Below, piece by piece: positions 11,848 through 23,281 of a stretch of 46,023 nt of DNA (within the stretch, counting starts at the first letter, position 1; every line of letters starts with the position of its first letter). The notes under the pieces are model-generated. The model ran no database searches and had not been told where the DNA came from. It saw nothing but the letters and a program-made list of their open reading frames with translations. The position numbers and the translations under genes were made by a program. Source of the stretch: Chrysochromulina tobinii (taxonomy: Eukaryota); NCBI GenBank assembly GCA_001275005.1, contig JWZX01003400.1, positions 1-46,023 of the forward strand, given 5' to 3'.

Positions 11848-12254
11848 CCGGAGCCGCCGGCGCACCAGGCACCGGCAGCGGTCTTGCAAACGCAAGGCAG
11901 GGGAGTGCCTAGAACGCAGACAATCCGAGGCATGATGTTGTGAAGAGTGTGGAGGGGACACGCGGCTCGCGAAGACGAAGGCGCTCACACAGGGGCATTC
12001 CCCAGTGCGTGCGTAGAGCGACCAGGGCCACTGTATGCGCGTTTCTTTGGTGACGCGTGTACTCAGCGGTCTGACGGCGTGTGCGCGCGCGCAGTCGGTG
12101 ACGGTGTGTCGGCCGCTGTCGGCCAGCGCCGCGCAGCGCCAGCGGCCGCGCCCGGGCGTACGAACATATCAAAAACAAAAATTATATATAGCGCTGAGAG
12201 ATAGTTGAAAAACGCACGTACTTCTTCAAGTTTCCCGTCACTCGCCGCTAGGAC

Positions 12255-15200
12255 TCATGAGAGCACGCACGCCTTCGACTTAGGGTTCTCTTCCTGACGC
12301 TCCGTGGGCGGCGCGCCGGAGCTTTGCGCGCCACTCAGCTGGTTGCGCAGCCCCTTGATCCGGAGCTTGGCGATCTCGTCCTTGAGCTTGGCGATCTCGT
12401 CTGAGCTCGCGGCCGATGCGCCTGCTTGTACCCGGAGCTTGTCCTTGAGCTTGGCGATCTCGTCCTTGAGCTTGGCGATCTCGGCTGAAGCATCCCGAGC
12501 CGCGCCGTTGGCAATGCGCCATTCGAGCTCAAGATGCTCGACCTGCCTCTTCGAGGCCGCTAGCTCCGACATTAGCTGCAATTCGTCCGACATTAGCTCC
12601 GACATTAGCGGCATTAGCTGCAATTCGTTCGAAATTGCCTGCTCCAACGCGGGCATTGCCTGCTCCAACGGCAAGAGGGCGACGAGAGATGCCTCATCTC
12701 CTGCCTTGCTCGCTGTCCCTGGAACAAAACTGCTCTGCATCACAAGATCAAGAAGGTCTTGCTTCTCGACTGCACCTTCACAGGCCACCTTTCGCTCGCG
12801 CAGGATGGCCTTGAGCTCCGAGACCTTGAGCCTCGATGGGTCCATTGATGGGTCGATGGCACCCAAGGCGCCAGGATGAACGGCGGCGCCCATCTGTAAA
12901 TGTGAATGTGTCGCCTCCTTCACCTCCGCCACCTGAGTCACGGCCGCGCGCAGCTGCTCATTCGACTTGGTCAACGAGCCACGCAGCTGCTCGTTCTGGC
13001 GCTTCTCATCTTCAAGCTTCCGCTGCAGCTCGGCGATCACGTCGGGCGGCGGTGCCGTTGGCGGCGGCGGCGGGGCAGCGGCGGCGACGGCTAGCAGGTG
13101 GTCCGCACTCGAAGCAGCTCTGCGCTCGCCCTGCGCAGCGATCGTCTTGGCTTGCTTGAGCTCGAGCGCAAGGTCGTCGACCTTCGCACGCAGCTCCCGG
13201 TTCGTCAATCGGAGAGCCTCGAGCTGCGGGTCGATCTCGCCAGCGAGCTCCGCGCGTGCGAAGCTCGCGATCGAGTCGCGCTGCTCCTGAAGCTCTTCGA
13301 TGACTGCATGCAGCACGGTCGGGTCTTGTTGCACGTCCGCCTTCTTGTCCGCAGCGCTCACCTGCCGCTTGCAATCGTCCGGTATGCCCGCGTGCCCATA
13401 GACGATGGGCTCGGCCGTCGCGCGGCTGACGAACCCGTCGAGCGCCGTCTTGGGCATTGCATGCAGCGACGAGCCCTGCACCGGGCTTGCATGCATCGGC
13501 TTCTCCGAGTAGAGCAGCAGCCTGACCGCCGTGTCGCGCACGGGCTCCTGCCGCTGGTTGATGCATCGGGTCGTCATCGTGTACGTCGTGCCCGCTGTGA
13601 AGAGCACGGGGAGCACCGCCTGCTGCTGTGAATACTTTTGGAGCATCTTGTGCGGGACGCGATCGAGCTCGGTGGCAATCGAGCAGAACGCGTCGGGCGC
13701 GTCGGACTCCATCACGAGCGCCGCCTGCACCGCCTCCACGCCGCCGCCACGAAAAAACGACCGTGCGCTCGGCCCCTCGGCGCCCATGCTCGGAGATTGG
13801 ATCTCGATCGGAGATTCGATCTCGAGCTGGGTGAGGCCGTGCTCGTCTGTCCGGCCTTCGAGGGCGATCAGGTGCCATTCGTTGGCCATCCCGAGCGGGG
13901 TGCAGCTCACGTTCGCCGCGGCATCCGGAGGCGTATAGAATGCGAGGCGTAGCGGCACCTGAGAAGGGAGGCACTCACTTAGTGGTCAATCAGTGGTCAA
14001 TCAGTGGTCCCTCAGTGGTCACTCAGTGGTCACTCAGCGGCCAATGAGTGGTCCATGAGTTGTCACCAGAGGCGTCGTAGCGGGCGGTGCACCTCGTGGT
14101 TGGTGCCTTCGGCCATGACTGCGAGGATCGAGTACACGCCGCCGGGAGCGAGGGTCCACCGAGCCGAGACGCACCATGCATTTGTCACGACCGAGTGCGC
14201 GACATACTCCTCCACATAGGGGGAGAGCACGCCCACGTACCTGTGGGGAAGTGGATGGGGGCGTCGTAACGAGCACTTGCATGCACGAGGGGGAGAGCAC
14301 CGCCCACGTACCGACGGTCAGGCACAGTCGACTTCATGACGTACAGCGAGAGGAGCGGATACTCGTCGGCGCCGAGCCCATTGGGCGCGTCGGTGGTCGT
14401 CGTGTGACGCTGATTGCGAAGCTTGTCGCGCTCGCCATACGAGAGGAACACGTTCATCGGCACCGGCTGCTCGCCCACGTTGACCATCTGGAACTGCGGG
14501 CAGTTGCGCCAGTGCGCGTCGGCGATGCCACGTGGCGCCGAGCAGAGTTTCGTCCAACTGTGGAAACAGGAGGGGCGTGGGAAGGCGATCCAGTGCGATC
14601 GAGTGCAATCAAGTGCGATCAAGTGCACTCGAGAGCAATCAAGTGCAATCAATTGGAATCAAGTGTATTGTAGAGCAATCCATAGCAATCGAGAGTAATC
14701 AAGTGTAATCAGGAGCCATCCAGTGTAATCCAGTGTAATCAAGTGTAATCCAGCAGTCATCGCCCACCTCGAGGTGAGCATGCGCTTGTCCCATGGCAGG
14801 AGAGTAATCAAGTGTAATCAAGTGTAATCAAGTGTAATCAAGTGTAATCACCTCGAGGTGAGCATGCGCTTGTCCCATGGCAGGAGAGTAATCAAGTGTA
14901 ATCAAGTGTAATCAAGTGTAATCACCTCGAGGTGAGCATGCGCTTGTCCCATGGCAGGAGCATCTGCTCGAGGGACACGGGCTGGTCGGCGAAGGCGCTG
15001 AGCACAAAGCGAGCATGCTGATGCGAGCAGCCGACGTGCGGCACGACGATCCACGCGTCCTCGAGTGTACTCTGTCGCACATGGCAGCGCAGCACCACCT
15101 CCCGGGTCTTGGACACATCGAGCGCGGCCTGCACGTCCGGTTCGAGCATGAGCACGCCGCTCTCGTCCTTGAGTGAGGCAGGCCGCGCGCCGCTCGCGTT

Positions 15201-18200
15201 GATGTCGAGCTGCGTCAAGCGCGTCGCGAGCGTCTCTGCGGACGCGGCCACGACACACAGCCGAAGAAAGATGGGACGTTGCTTCACGCGCGCTTGCTCT
15301 CGCGCCGCCTCGTCGACGTCCTGAAGGACCAGGCACACGTTCGCACCCTTGGGCGCGCGCAGCAAGAACTGCGGGTTGTCGACGAAGCTCGCATGCTTGC
15401 GGTCGCCGCCCGCGTTGCCATCGGTCCACTCAGCGGCGATCGCCGAGCCCCAAAAGCGAAAGTCCGCAGAGCCGGCGAGGCTTGAGGACGTCTGCTGATT
15501 GCGCTGCATCGACGAGGAGAGAGCCCGCGCCATCGAGGCGAGCAGTTCGAATCGGATCAACTCGTACCGTGCATTCTGCTCGAGCGTGCTCAGTAGCGAC
15601 GGCACCTGCAAGCAAGAGGCCAGATGGCCATCAGAGGGCAATCAGAGGGCCATCAGAGGCCCATCCGAGGGCCATCAGATGGCAATCAGATGGCAATCAG
15701 AGGGCCATCAGATGTCCAGTCGAGGGCCATCCGAGGGCCATCCGAGGGCCATCCGAGGGCAAGCCGAGTGCCAACCGCAATCAGCGAGCGGCACCTCGGA
15801 GATGAGATTCGCAATCAGCGAGCGGCACCTCGGAGATGAGATTGACGAGCGCGAGTGCCGCGAGCTCGGCGATCTGACCGTCGTGCATCTGCGCGAAGAG
15901 AAGCCCCGAATAGGCGCTGATCGCCTCGTACCTCTGCAGCTCCTGCTGGATGCCCGTGTTGCTCTGCGTCATGCGCCCTAGCAGCTGCAGCGTCTCCTTG
16001 ATCAGGTACTCGTCGTGCTTGGGCGAGAGGAACGAGAGGAGCAGCGGCACACCCTGCTGCGCTCGCAACAGATCCTTAAATGGATCGAAGTCGTGCGCGA
16101 GCTCGGCCATGGCCGCCACTACGACGCGCTGCAGCCGCTGACGTGGCATCGCGTGCTGGCTGGTCTCGTGGAGCACTTGGTACACGAGGGCCGAGATGCC
16201 CTGCTCGAGGCCATCAGAGGGCATTACAGGGGATTGGAGGCCATCAGCTCGAGGCCATCAGAGGGCATTAGAGGTCATCACAGGGGATTCGAGTCCATCA
16301 GTCGCAATCAAGTGCTGCCTCACCTGCTCAAGTAATCAAGAGCAATCAAGCGCAATCAAGCGCAATCCAGAGCAATCCAGAGCAATCAAGGGCAATCAAG
16401 TGCTGCCTCACCTGCTCGAAGCATGCCTGGCGGGTCGTTGGGGAGTCTTGGGCGGCCGCGGCGATGGCGACGCACGCATTCTCCTTGTCGTCTGGGTCGG
16501 CACTTTGGAGCAGCGCTGAGAGATATTGCAGCCTCACCTGCGAGAGATATTAGCACTTAGAGACATTAGCACTTAGAGATATGAGCTCTTAGAGATATGA
16601 GCTCTTAGAGATATGAGCTCTTAGGAGCAGTGCAGAGAGAGATCGCAGCCTCACCTCTCCCTCCGCGTTCGTCCCCATCGAGTACTCGATGAAGAGCGAT
16701 CGCCCACGCGCATCAAGCACGCAGGGCAGCGTGCGCGCCACAATGGTCGCATAGGGCGCATTCTGGCCGCGCGGCCGAAGATAGTCGACCATCCGCTGTA
16801 CCCCCTGCAGTCGCAGGCACCCGGGGGTAGGGGGTGAGTGTGCAATCAAGTGCAATCGAGTGCAATTGAGTGCAATCAAGGCAGATCGCACCTGCATCTC
16901 TTGGAAGAGAGTGCGGTTCGCTCCCTCGAGGTCGGTTAAGGCTCGCAGGTCGTTGCATGCAGAGAGGGCCGGTAAAGTCTCGAGGATCCGGCTGACGGCC
17001 GCCATGTCTCCGCGCCGCCCGCGCTTGGCGTGCCGTGCGAGCCGTGCCTCCGCCATCGAGATCATCACCTGATGCGGAGGGGGGGGATGCGGAGGAGGGG
17101 GTGGAGGCAATCCGCGGCGATCCGCGGCGATCAGAGGTCCTCGGAGATGCGCACCTCCGCGGTCTCATAGGGCAATCAAGCGCAATCCAGTGCAATCAAG
17201 TAGTCCTCGCCCACCTCCGCGGTCTCATAGGGCATCCCGCCGCCTGCCTCGCCCTTGAGCCGCTCTCGCAACCTCACGGTAGGCGCCTCCGCAGCGGCGC
17301 GAGCGTCCGACTCCACCGCCATTGTCGCCAGCTGCGCTCGCATCTTCTCGAGCTCGGCCTCGAGATTTGATCTCGTCACCTCGAGCTCGGCCTCCTGCCG
17401 CTGCTGCAGCTCGATGGCCGCGCGCGCCTCCTGCTGCAGACTCTCGAGGGCCCCCTTTGAACTTCCCGCCTCCGCCTCTCGGCGCCGTCGCTCCTCCTCG
17501 CGCTCGTCGTTCGCACGCTGCGCCGCCAGCAGCTGTGCCTCGAGCTGTGCCTCGAGGGCAGCTGCTCGGTCCTCAAGTTCACGCCGCTTGCGTGCCTCTT
17601 CCTCCTCCACCTCGGCCCGGATGCGATCCGCCTCGGCAGCGGCAGCGCCGTCGGCGCCCTTCAGACGCTCCTGCAGCCTGCGCTCAATCTCCGCCTGCAT
17701 CTCGATCTCGGTCTCGATGGCCCGAATGTCCTGCTCGGCAGATGACGAAGATCATCAGTGGCCATCAAGGGCCATCAAGGGCCATAAGGGACAATCAGGG
17801 GCAATCAAGGGCGCGCACCTGCTCGTTCTCGGCCACGGCCTTGATGCGCTCGAGCGCGCGCGCACGCCTCTGAGCCTCGATGGCCTCGGCGCGATCCTGC
17901 ACGGAGAGCCCGGCGAGGGCAGACGACGAAGCTCATCAGCGGCGGTCATCAAGAGCAATCAAGGGCAATCAAGGGCAATCCAGATCAATGAAGGGCAATC
18001 AAGGGCAATCAAGATCAATTAAGGGCACGCACCTGCCCGGAGAGCCCAGTCATCAAGAGCAATCAAGGGCAATCAAGATCAATGAAGGGCACGCACCTGC
18101 CCGGAGAGGTCATCAAGAGCAATCAAGGGCAATCAAGGGCCATCCAGATCAATTAAGGGCACGCACCTGCCCGGAGAGGTCATCAAGAGCAATCAAGGGC

Positions 18201-19888
18201 AATCAAGATCAATGAAGGGCACGCACCTGCCCGGAGAGGTCATCAAGGGCAATCAAGGGCAATCCAGATCAATGAAGGGCACGCACCTGCCCGGAGAGCC
18301 CAGCGAGGGCTGCCTCGTCGAGCGCGCCACCGTCGCCCTTGCCGTCACGAGCCTCGGCTTCCAGAGTCAGTCGCTCCGCGCGCTTCGCCGTCAGCTGTGC
18401 TTGGAGTGCCTCGATCTCGCCTGCCGCCTCCTTGAGATCGTCCGAGAGAGCTTCCTTGTTCACCTCGATGTACTTGGCGATCAGGAACGTTGGTACCTCC
18501 GTCGGCGCCGCGCCCTTATCCTGCCATCAGAGGCGAGAAGAGGCATTCAGTGGCACACGGTGGCACACGGTGGCACTCAGTGGCACTCAGCGGCACTTAG
18601 AGCTCAATCGCGCAGAGGCGCTCACCTTGGCGCGCTCAAGCTCGAGCTTCAGATTCTCGTTCTCGCCCTGCAGATCGGCAATCTCCTGGAGCTGCTCGGC
18701 GATCACCGCGCGCATCTCCGCCTGCTCCTTCTCGAGCTTGTTGGTGGACGGGTTGACGGACATGGAGAGGCAGCTCTGGCCGAAGCGCAAGCACGCCGTG
18801 CCCTCGGCCACCTGCTCGCGAGAGTTCGAGAGTGCAATCAGAGGCAATCAGAGGCAATCAGAGGCAATCAGAGGCAATCAGAGGCCATCAGAGGCAATCA
18901 GAGGATGCACCTGCTCGCGAGAGTTCGAGAGCGCGAGGATGATGTGAAGCATGTTGCTCCCACCCAGACCCTTTGCGAGCATCATCGTGAGTTTCGACTC
19001 CCTATACGGAATATGCGTCGCGCCTTCGGCGAGGCACTTGACGGTGAGCGCGAGCTTGCATAGCGACAGGTTGATCTTGATACCCTCCTTGGCGTTCTGC
19101 CCCTCGGCGCCGCTCTTCTTGAGACCTTCGGAGCCGGCAAGGTCGACTAGGTTGACAACCCCGAACGACTTGCCTTTCTGCTCGGTCCAGTTGACGCTGA
19201 TCTGGAGCAGCGCGTGCGAGCGGGAGGAGGCCTCGTTCATCTTGGTCGCCGCCGTTGCGCGCATCGCGCACCCCTGCTCGTACACGCGCTGCGCCTCGAG
19301 CGCATCCTTGCACACGTGGCGCACAGCGTCCTTGCACTGGTAGCCCCCACTCGGGTCCATCGAGACGTCGACGACCTTACGCTTGCCGAGCAGGTCCTGA
19401 GGCTGCTCATTGTAGAGCTCGATGAACTGGAGGCTCATCTCGAAGCTCTTGATCGTCTCGTCGCTCCTGAACTTGATGAAGATCTGCTCGAAGAGCCGCG
19501 GGATGAGCCCCGGCTGCGTGTACCGGCCAGTGTCCTTGTCCTTGGCGCCCTCCATGGAAAAGGTCTTCCCGCTGCCGGTCTGCCCGTACGCGAGGATGGT
19601 CGAATTGAAGCCCTGACGAAGCGAGCTCAGCGCCACCTCGCCGATCGTCGTGAAGACCTCCTCCTGCTTCGAGTCCATGCCGAAGACCTTGTCGAACGTG
19701 AAGCGCGAGATGTCGGACGTCTCCTCCTTGCGGTAGTCGAGCGATGTGCCGTCGACGACCGTGAAGAGCTCCGGCTGGCCCGCGTCGCGCCCGAACATTG
19801 GGCGGAGCCGCGCGTACACGCGCGGCCGGGTGGCCTTGCCCTTGGTGGAGGCGGCCATCGCACCTTGCCACTTAGAGGAGGCGGCCAT
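12255..19888 (-). CDS. Kinesin motor - coiled coil - armadillo-like repeats - calpain domain III-like - coiled coil - CaaX protein (~1864 aa). 13 exons: 19888-18911, 18811-18626, 18520-18287, 17896-17819, 17730-17215, 17068-16892, 16804-16655, 16537-16412, 16200-15829, 15605-14926, 14557-14312, 14240-14093, 13958-12255
   Basis: Kinesin motifs RVYARLRP, FTFDKVF, AYGQTGSGKTFSM, NEASSRSH, LVDLAGSE and HIPYRESKLT. ARM-like helices. WTDGNAGG...FVDNPQF and WRNCPQF resemble calpain domain III. C-terminus is CVLS. All 12 GT-AG junctions are phase-consistent with no stop between exons. Confidence 0.82.
14558..14925 (-). repeat. Intron of (CTTGATTACA)/(CTTGATTGCA) repeats with two extra 38-nt copies of the exon end plus donor
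   Basis: cacctcgaggtgagcatgcgcttgtcccatggcaggag at 14765-14802, 14849-14886 and 14923-14960. Confidence 0.9.
17897..18286 (-). repeat. Intron built of 60-70 nt higher-order units, each containing (CTTGATTGCC)n and a copy of the CAG|GTGCGT junction
   Basis: aagggcacgcacctgcccggagag at 18021, 18085, 18155, 18215 and 18275. Confidence 0.9.
18809..18931 (-). repeat. Intron 18812-18910: 24-nt perfect direct repeat of the junction flanking (CTCTGATTGC)n
   Basis: cacctgctcgcgagagttcgagag at 18809-18832 and 18908-18931. Confidence 0.92.
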
Positions 19889-20036
19889 CACACCAACGCC
19901 GAATGCCCGATGATAGAGGGTTACAAATGTAACAACAAACGTGTATCGAGACGCACAAGTGTGAACCTACCGAACCCAAGCAAATTTCTCAACGACGAGA
20001 CACGACGAAATCGCCGACGGCAGCGGCGGCGGCGAG

Positions 20037-21600
20037 ATGGCGGCCGACTCCTCCAACGCGAAGCACATAAACCTGATCCTGCTAACCGTCTTCCTGGATA
20101 TGGTGGGCGTCGCGCTCGTCGTGCCGTCGCTCATCTTTAGATGGAAGGACGTAGGCATCTCAACCGAGCGCCTCGGTGCCGTGCAGTCCATCTACTCAGT
20201 CGCACAGCTCGTCGGCGGCATGGCGATCGGCTACCTCGGCGACCGTGTGCTCGGCCGCAAGGATGTGCTGCTCCTCTCCTTCGGCGGATCGGCCGTGTCG
20301 TACTGGCTCGTGGGCACCGCCGACAGCGTCGAGCTGCTCGTCCTCTCCCGCGTCATCGTCGGCCTCGTCAAGCAGACGATGACGTGCGCGAGCGCACTGC
20401 TCACGCGGCTCTCGAGCGACGCGACGCGCGCGCAGATCTTCGGCCGGCTCTCGTCGGCCTCCACAGCGGCCTTCCTCGCGGGACAGTCTGTCGGCGGCGT
20501 GCTCTCCTCGCGCTTCGGCCGCCGTGTGCCGTGCTATGTCGCCTCCGCGCTCTTCCTGGTGAACGTTGTGCTGATCGCCTGCTTTCTGCCGAACGATCGC
20601 CCATCGCGCAAGCCGCCGGCTGATAATGGGGCAGGCCCAGACGCAAGCGCACCTGCAGCTGACAGCAACAGCTGCGGCGGCGGCAGCGGCAGCAGCAGCG
20701 GCAGCGCTGAATCGAGCGCGGCCTTGGCGATGAAGTTTGCACCCACGCCACGACCGCCCCCGGCAACGCCGGCAGCGCCCGTGCCGTCCACATGGCACTC
20801 CCGGCTCGTGTCGAACCTCGGTGGGTTTGCAAGCGCGTTCCGCGGTGTCGGAGGGCGTGTGCTCACGCTTCGACTGCTCTACGCCTTTCTGATGCGCTCG
20901 ACCTATGCACTCCACTCAGTCTATGAGACGCAGCGGTGGGATCTCACGCCCGCAGACACGGGCTTTCTCTCGTCGTACAAGCAGGTGAACGCCATGCTAC
21001 CGAGTGCCACCGAGTGCCACCGAGTGCCCCGTTTGCCACCGAGTGCCCCTGATAAGCTCCCAATTGCCCCCGAGGTGTGAACGTTAACAGCTCCCGATTG
21101 CCCCCGAGGGTTTCGTGATAGCTCACATTTGCACCGGATGGCGCGGGTTGTGGCAGGCGCTCGGCCTCGCAGTCGATGCCCTCCTCGTCGGGCTTCTCTC
21201 GCGTCGAATGGGCGAGGTCGCCGTGATCTCACTCGCGCTTGTCGCCTCCGCGGGCAACGCCGCCTTCGAGTCTGCGCATACGCGCTTCTTCTTGTACGCG
21301 GGGCTCAACCTGCCTCTGTCGGCCATCGCAGGCAACCTCAATCGCACCGCGCTCTCGGCGCTCTTCTCCAAAGTCGTCCCGAAGGAAGATATGGGGGCCG
21401 CTCTCTCAGTGCTCGATGTGCTCAACTCGGCGGTGGGCATCATCTCGCCCCTCTACGGTGGGCTGCTCCTCGGCCGGCTCGGGGTCGAGTACCAGCCGCT
21501 CATCTCGTGCATACATTATCTTCTCCTCCTCGTGGCCGTCACAGCGCTCGTTGGGCGGCACGTGCCCGGCGAGCTCGAGGGAAAGTCCAAGAGCGAATGA
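20037..21600 (+). CDS. Major facilitator superfamily transporter (TetA/SLC22A18-like), 2 exons: 20037-20984, 21157-21600
   Basis: LTVFLDMVGVALVVP, GYLGDRVLGRK (MFS motif A) and multiple hydrophobic helices. Phase-0 GT-AG intron with (CCGAGTGCCA)n. Confidence 0.88.
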
Positions 21601-21815
21601 ACGTGGCGAGGCGTGTATTTCCTTTGGCCGCTAAGTGATTCCAGACTTAAGTACGCTTCACGCAGAAAGATGAAAGAGGCGGGCCGAGAAATACACGATT
21701 TTCTTCCCAAAATCCCGCAAATTCCAACGACGAGTTTGCGGCTTTAACGAAACTTGTCGTGGGCCGGTTTTCTTATGTCGATCGCTAAGAAGCTGGTTGT
21801 GCCCCACTCCCTTTC

Positions 21816-22796
21816 ATGCTGCTCAAAGCTATCCAGCAGCAGAAACTGGCCGCGCTCTCTTCCAACTTTGTTGCCGGAGCTCTCCTGTCGGCGGCCCTGC
21901 TTGCAGGACCACAGTTGACGATTGCAGCAACTACACCACTATCGGCCCTGGATGGTGCCATAGTAGAGGTGAGCGAGGCCTCTTACCCGATCATCAAGGC
22001 GCTCAACGCCAAGACTTTCGAGCCATTCTCCGAGAAGGTGGCCAACTTAATTTTGGACATCAATCCTGACGAGCTTGGCAACGCGATCAGCCTCGGCATT
22101 GACGTCTTAAACTCCGTGCCAGCTGAGAAGCTGACTGCCTTCGACAAGGAGTTGACCGATGCGTTTGCCGATCTCAAGGTGGATTCCTGCACGCTGGTGC
22201 CACTGCCACCCGCTGCCTTAGCCACAAGATTTCAGTCCATCGCAATCCTAAATGTGGACAAGTTCAAGCTGCTTTCTGTTGACACGAAGTGGGGCACCGA
22301 GCTGAATAAGCTCGCAAAGACAGAGTCGGCAATCTGCCTGCCGTCGGTTGACGCGCTGGGTAAGCTGGCGCTCGCGCAGGCGGAGGTTGGTCGCGCCTTT
22401 GGGGCCGAGGAGAGCGCGAGGTTCGTTGCGTATGCGACCCCGCTGCTTAAGTCGACGATCAGCATCGGCAAGGTCTTGCCTCTGGTCAACGACGCCAAGG
22501 ACCTGGCGCTCACCAACGCGACGCCGAAGGAGAGGGCGGCCTTTGAGGCGGCCGGCAAGAAATTTGAGATCTTGTCCAGGCAAGAGGCCGCGAGGCAGCG
22601 GGCATTGAAGAACGGCACGACGCCACCCATGATCATGGAGGAGATCATGGCGGCACTACAGAAGGCGGCCTCAGACAAGAGGGCAGCGAAAAAGGAAGAG
22701 TTCAAGACTGCTGAAGTGGCCAGGATCGCCGAGCTGAAGGTCAAGAGCGCTTCACTCATGGCTGCAAAGGAGGTGCACGAAATACGAAGTCAGTGA
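21816..22796 (+). CDS. Alpha-helical protein of unknown function with a possible targeting presequence
   Basis: 326-aa ORF with natural composition. Hydrophobic stretch FVAGALLSAALLAG near the N-terminus. Confidence 0.7.
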   Translation: MLLKAIQQQKLAALSSNFVAGALLSAALLAGPQLTIAATTPLSALDGAIVEVSEASYPIIKALNAKTFEPFSEKVANLILDINPDELGNAISLGIDVLNSVPAEKLTAFDKELTDAFADLKVDSCTLVPLPPAALATRFQSIAILNVDKFKLLSVDTKWGTELNKLAKTESAICLPSVDALGKLALAQAEVGRAFGAEESARFVAYATPLLKSTISIGKVLPLVNDAKDLALTNATPKERAAFEAAGKKFEILSRQEAARQRALKNGTTPPMIMEEIMAALQKAASDKRAAKKEEFKTAEVARIAELKVKSASLMAAKEVHEIRSQ

Positions 22797-23281
22797 TAAA
22801 GGACCGAAACTGATGACGTTGGCATGCGGAAAAGCGAAAACGACGCGACGTGCCGGGCGCACCGGGCGGTTTCGCGTCCCCGACGCGGCGGCGTGTGAGC
22901 GGGCAGCGGCACGATCCGATCGTGGTGTAATCGTGGCAATCGTGGTGTCTGGCATGCGGAGCAGCCGGGTCCGGATCATGCTTGACATGGTCCGGATCCG
23001 AGATACGATGTGTGAAAGTGGCGTAAATTTATCGCCTAGCATGAACAGTCGTCATCTTTATACATGTCATAATATGTGACCGGATCCCGTCGTGTGACTG
23101 TGTCTGGACGTGCGCTGTGGACCAAGTGGAGGTCAGACCCACGTGACAGAGGTGCTGTGATCTGCGGAATACAAGTCAACGCTCTCCGGATCGGCCTCTC
23201 CACCGCCCCCTTGCTATTTGATCGAAGCATGGAAAATGCCAGAAGGTGCTCTGCATGCGTGTGGGATCCTCGTCTCTAGAT

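Noticed and set aside
14765..14960. CRISPR-like array of 38-nt repeats with spacers (also 18021-18298)
   Set aside because: The repeats are copies of an exon end, the spacers are the same minisatellite rather than unique sequence, no cas genes are present, and the DNA is eukaryotic.
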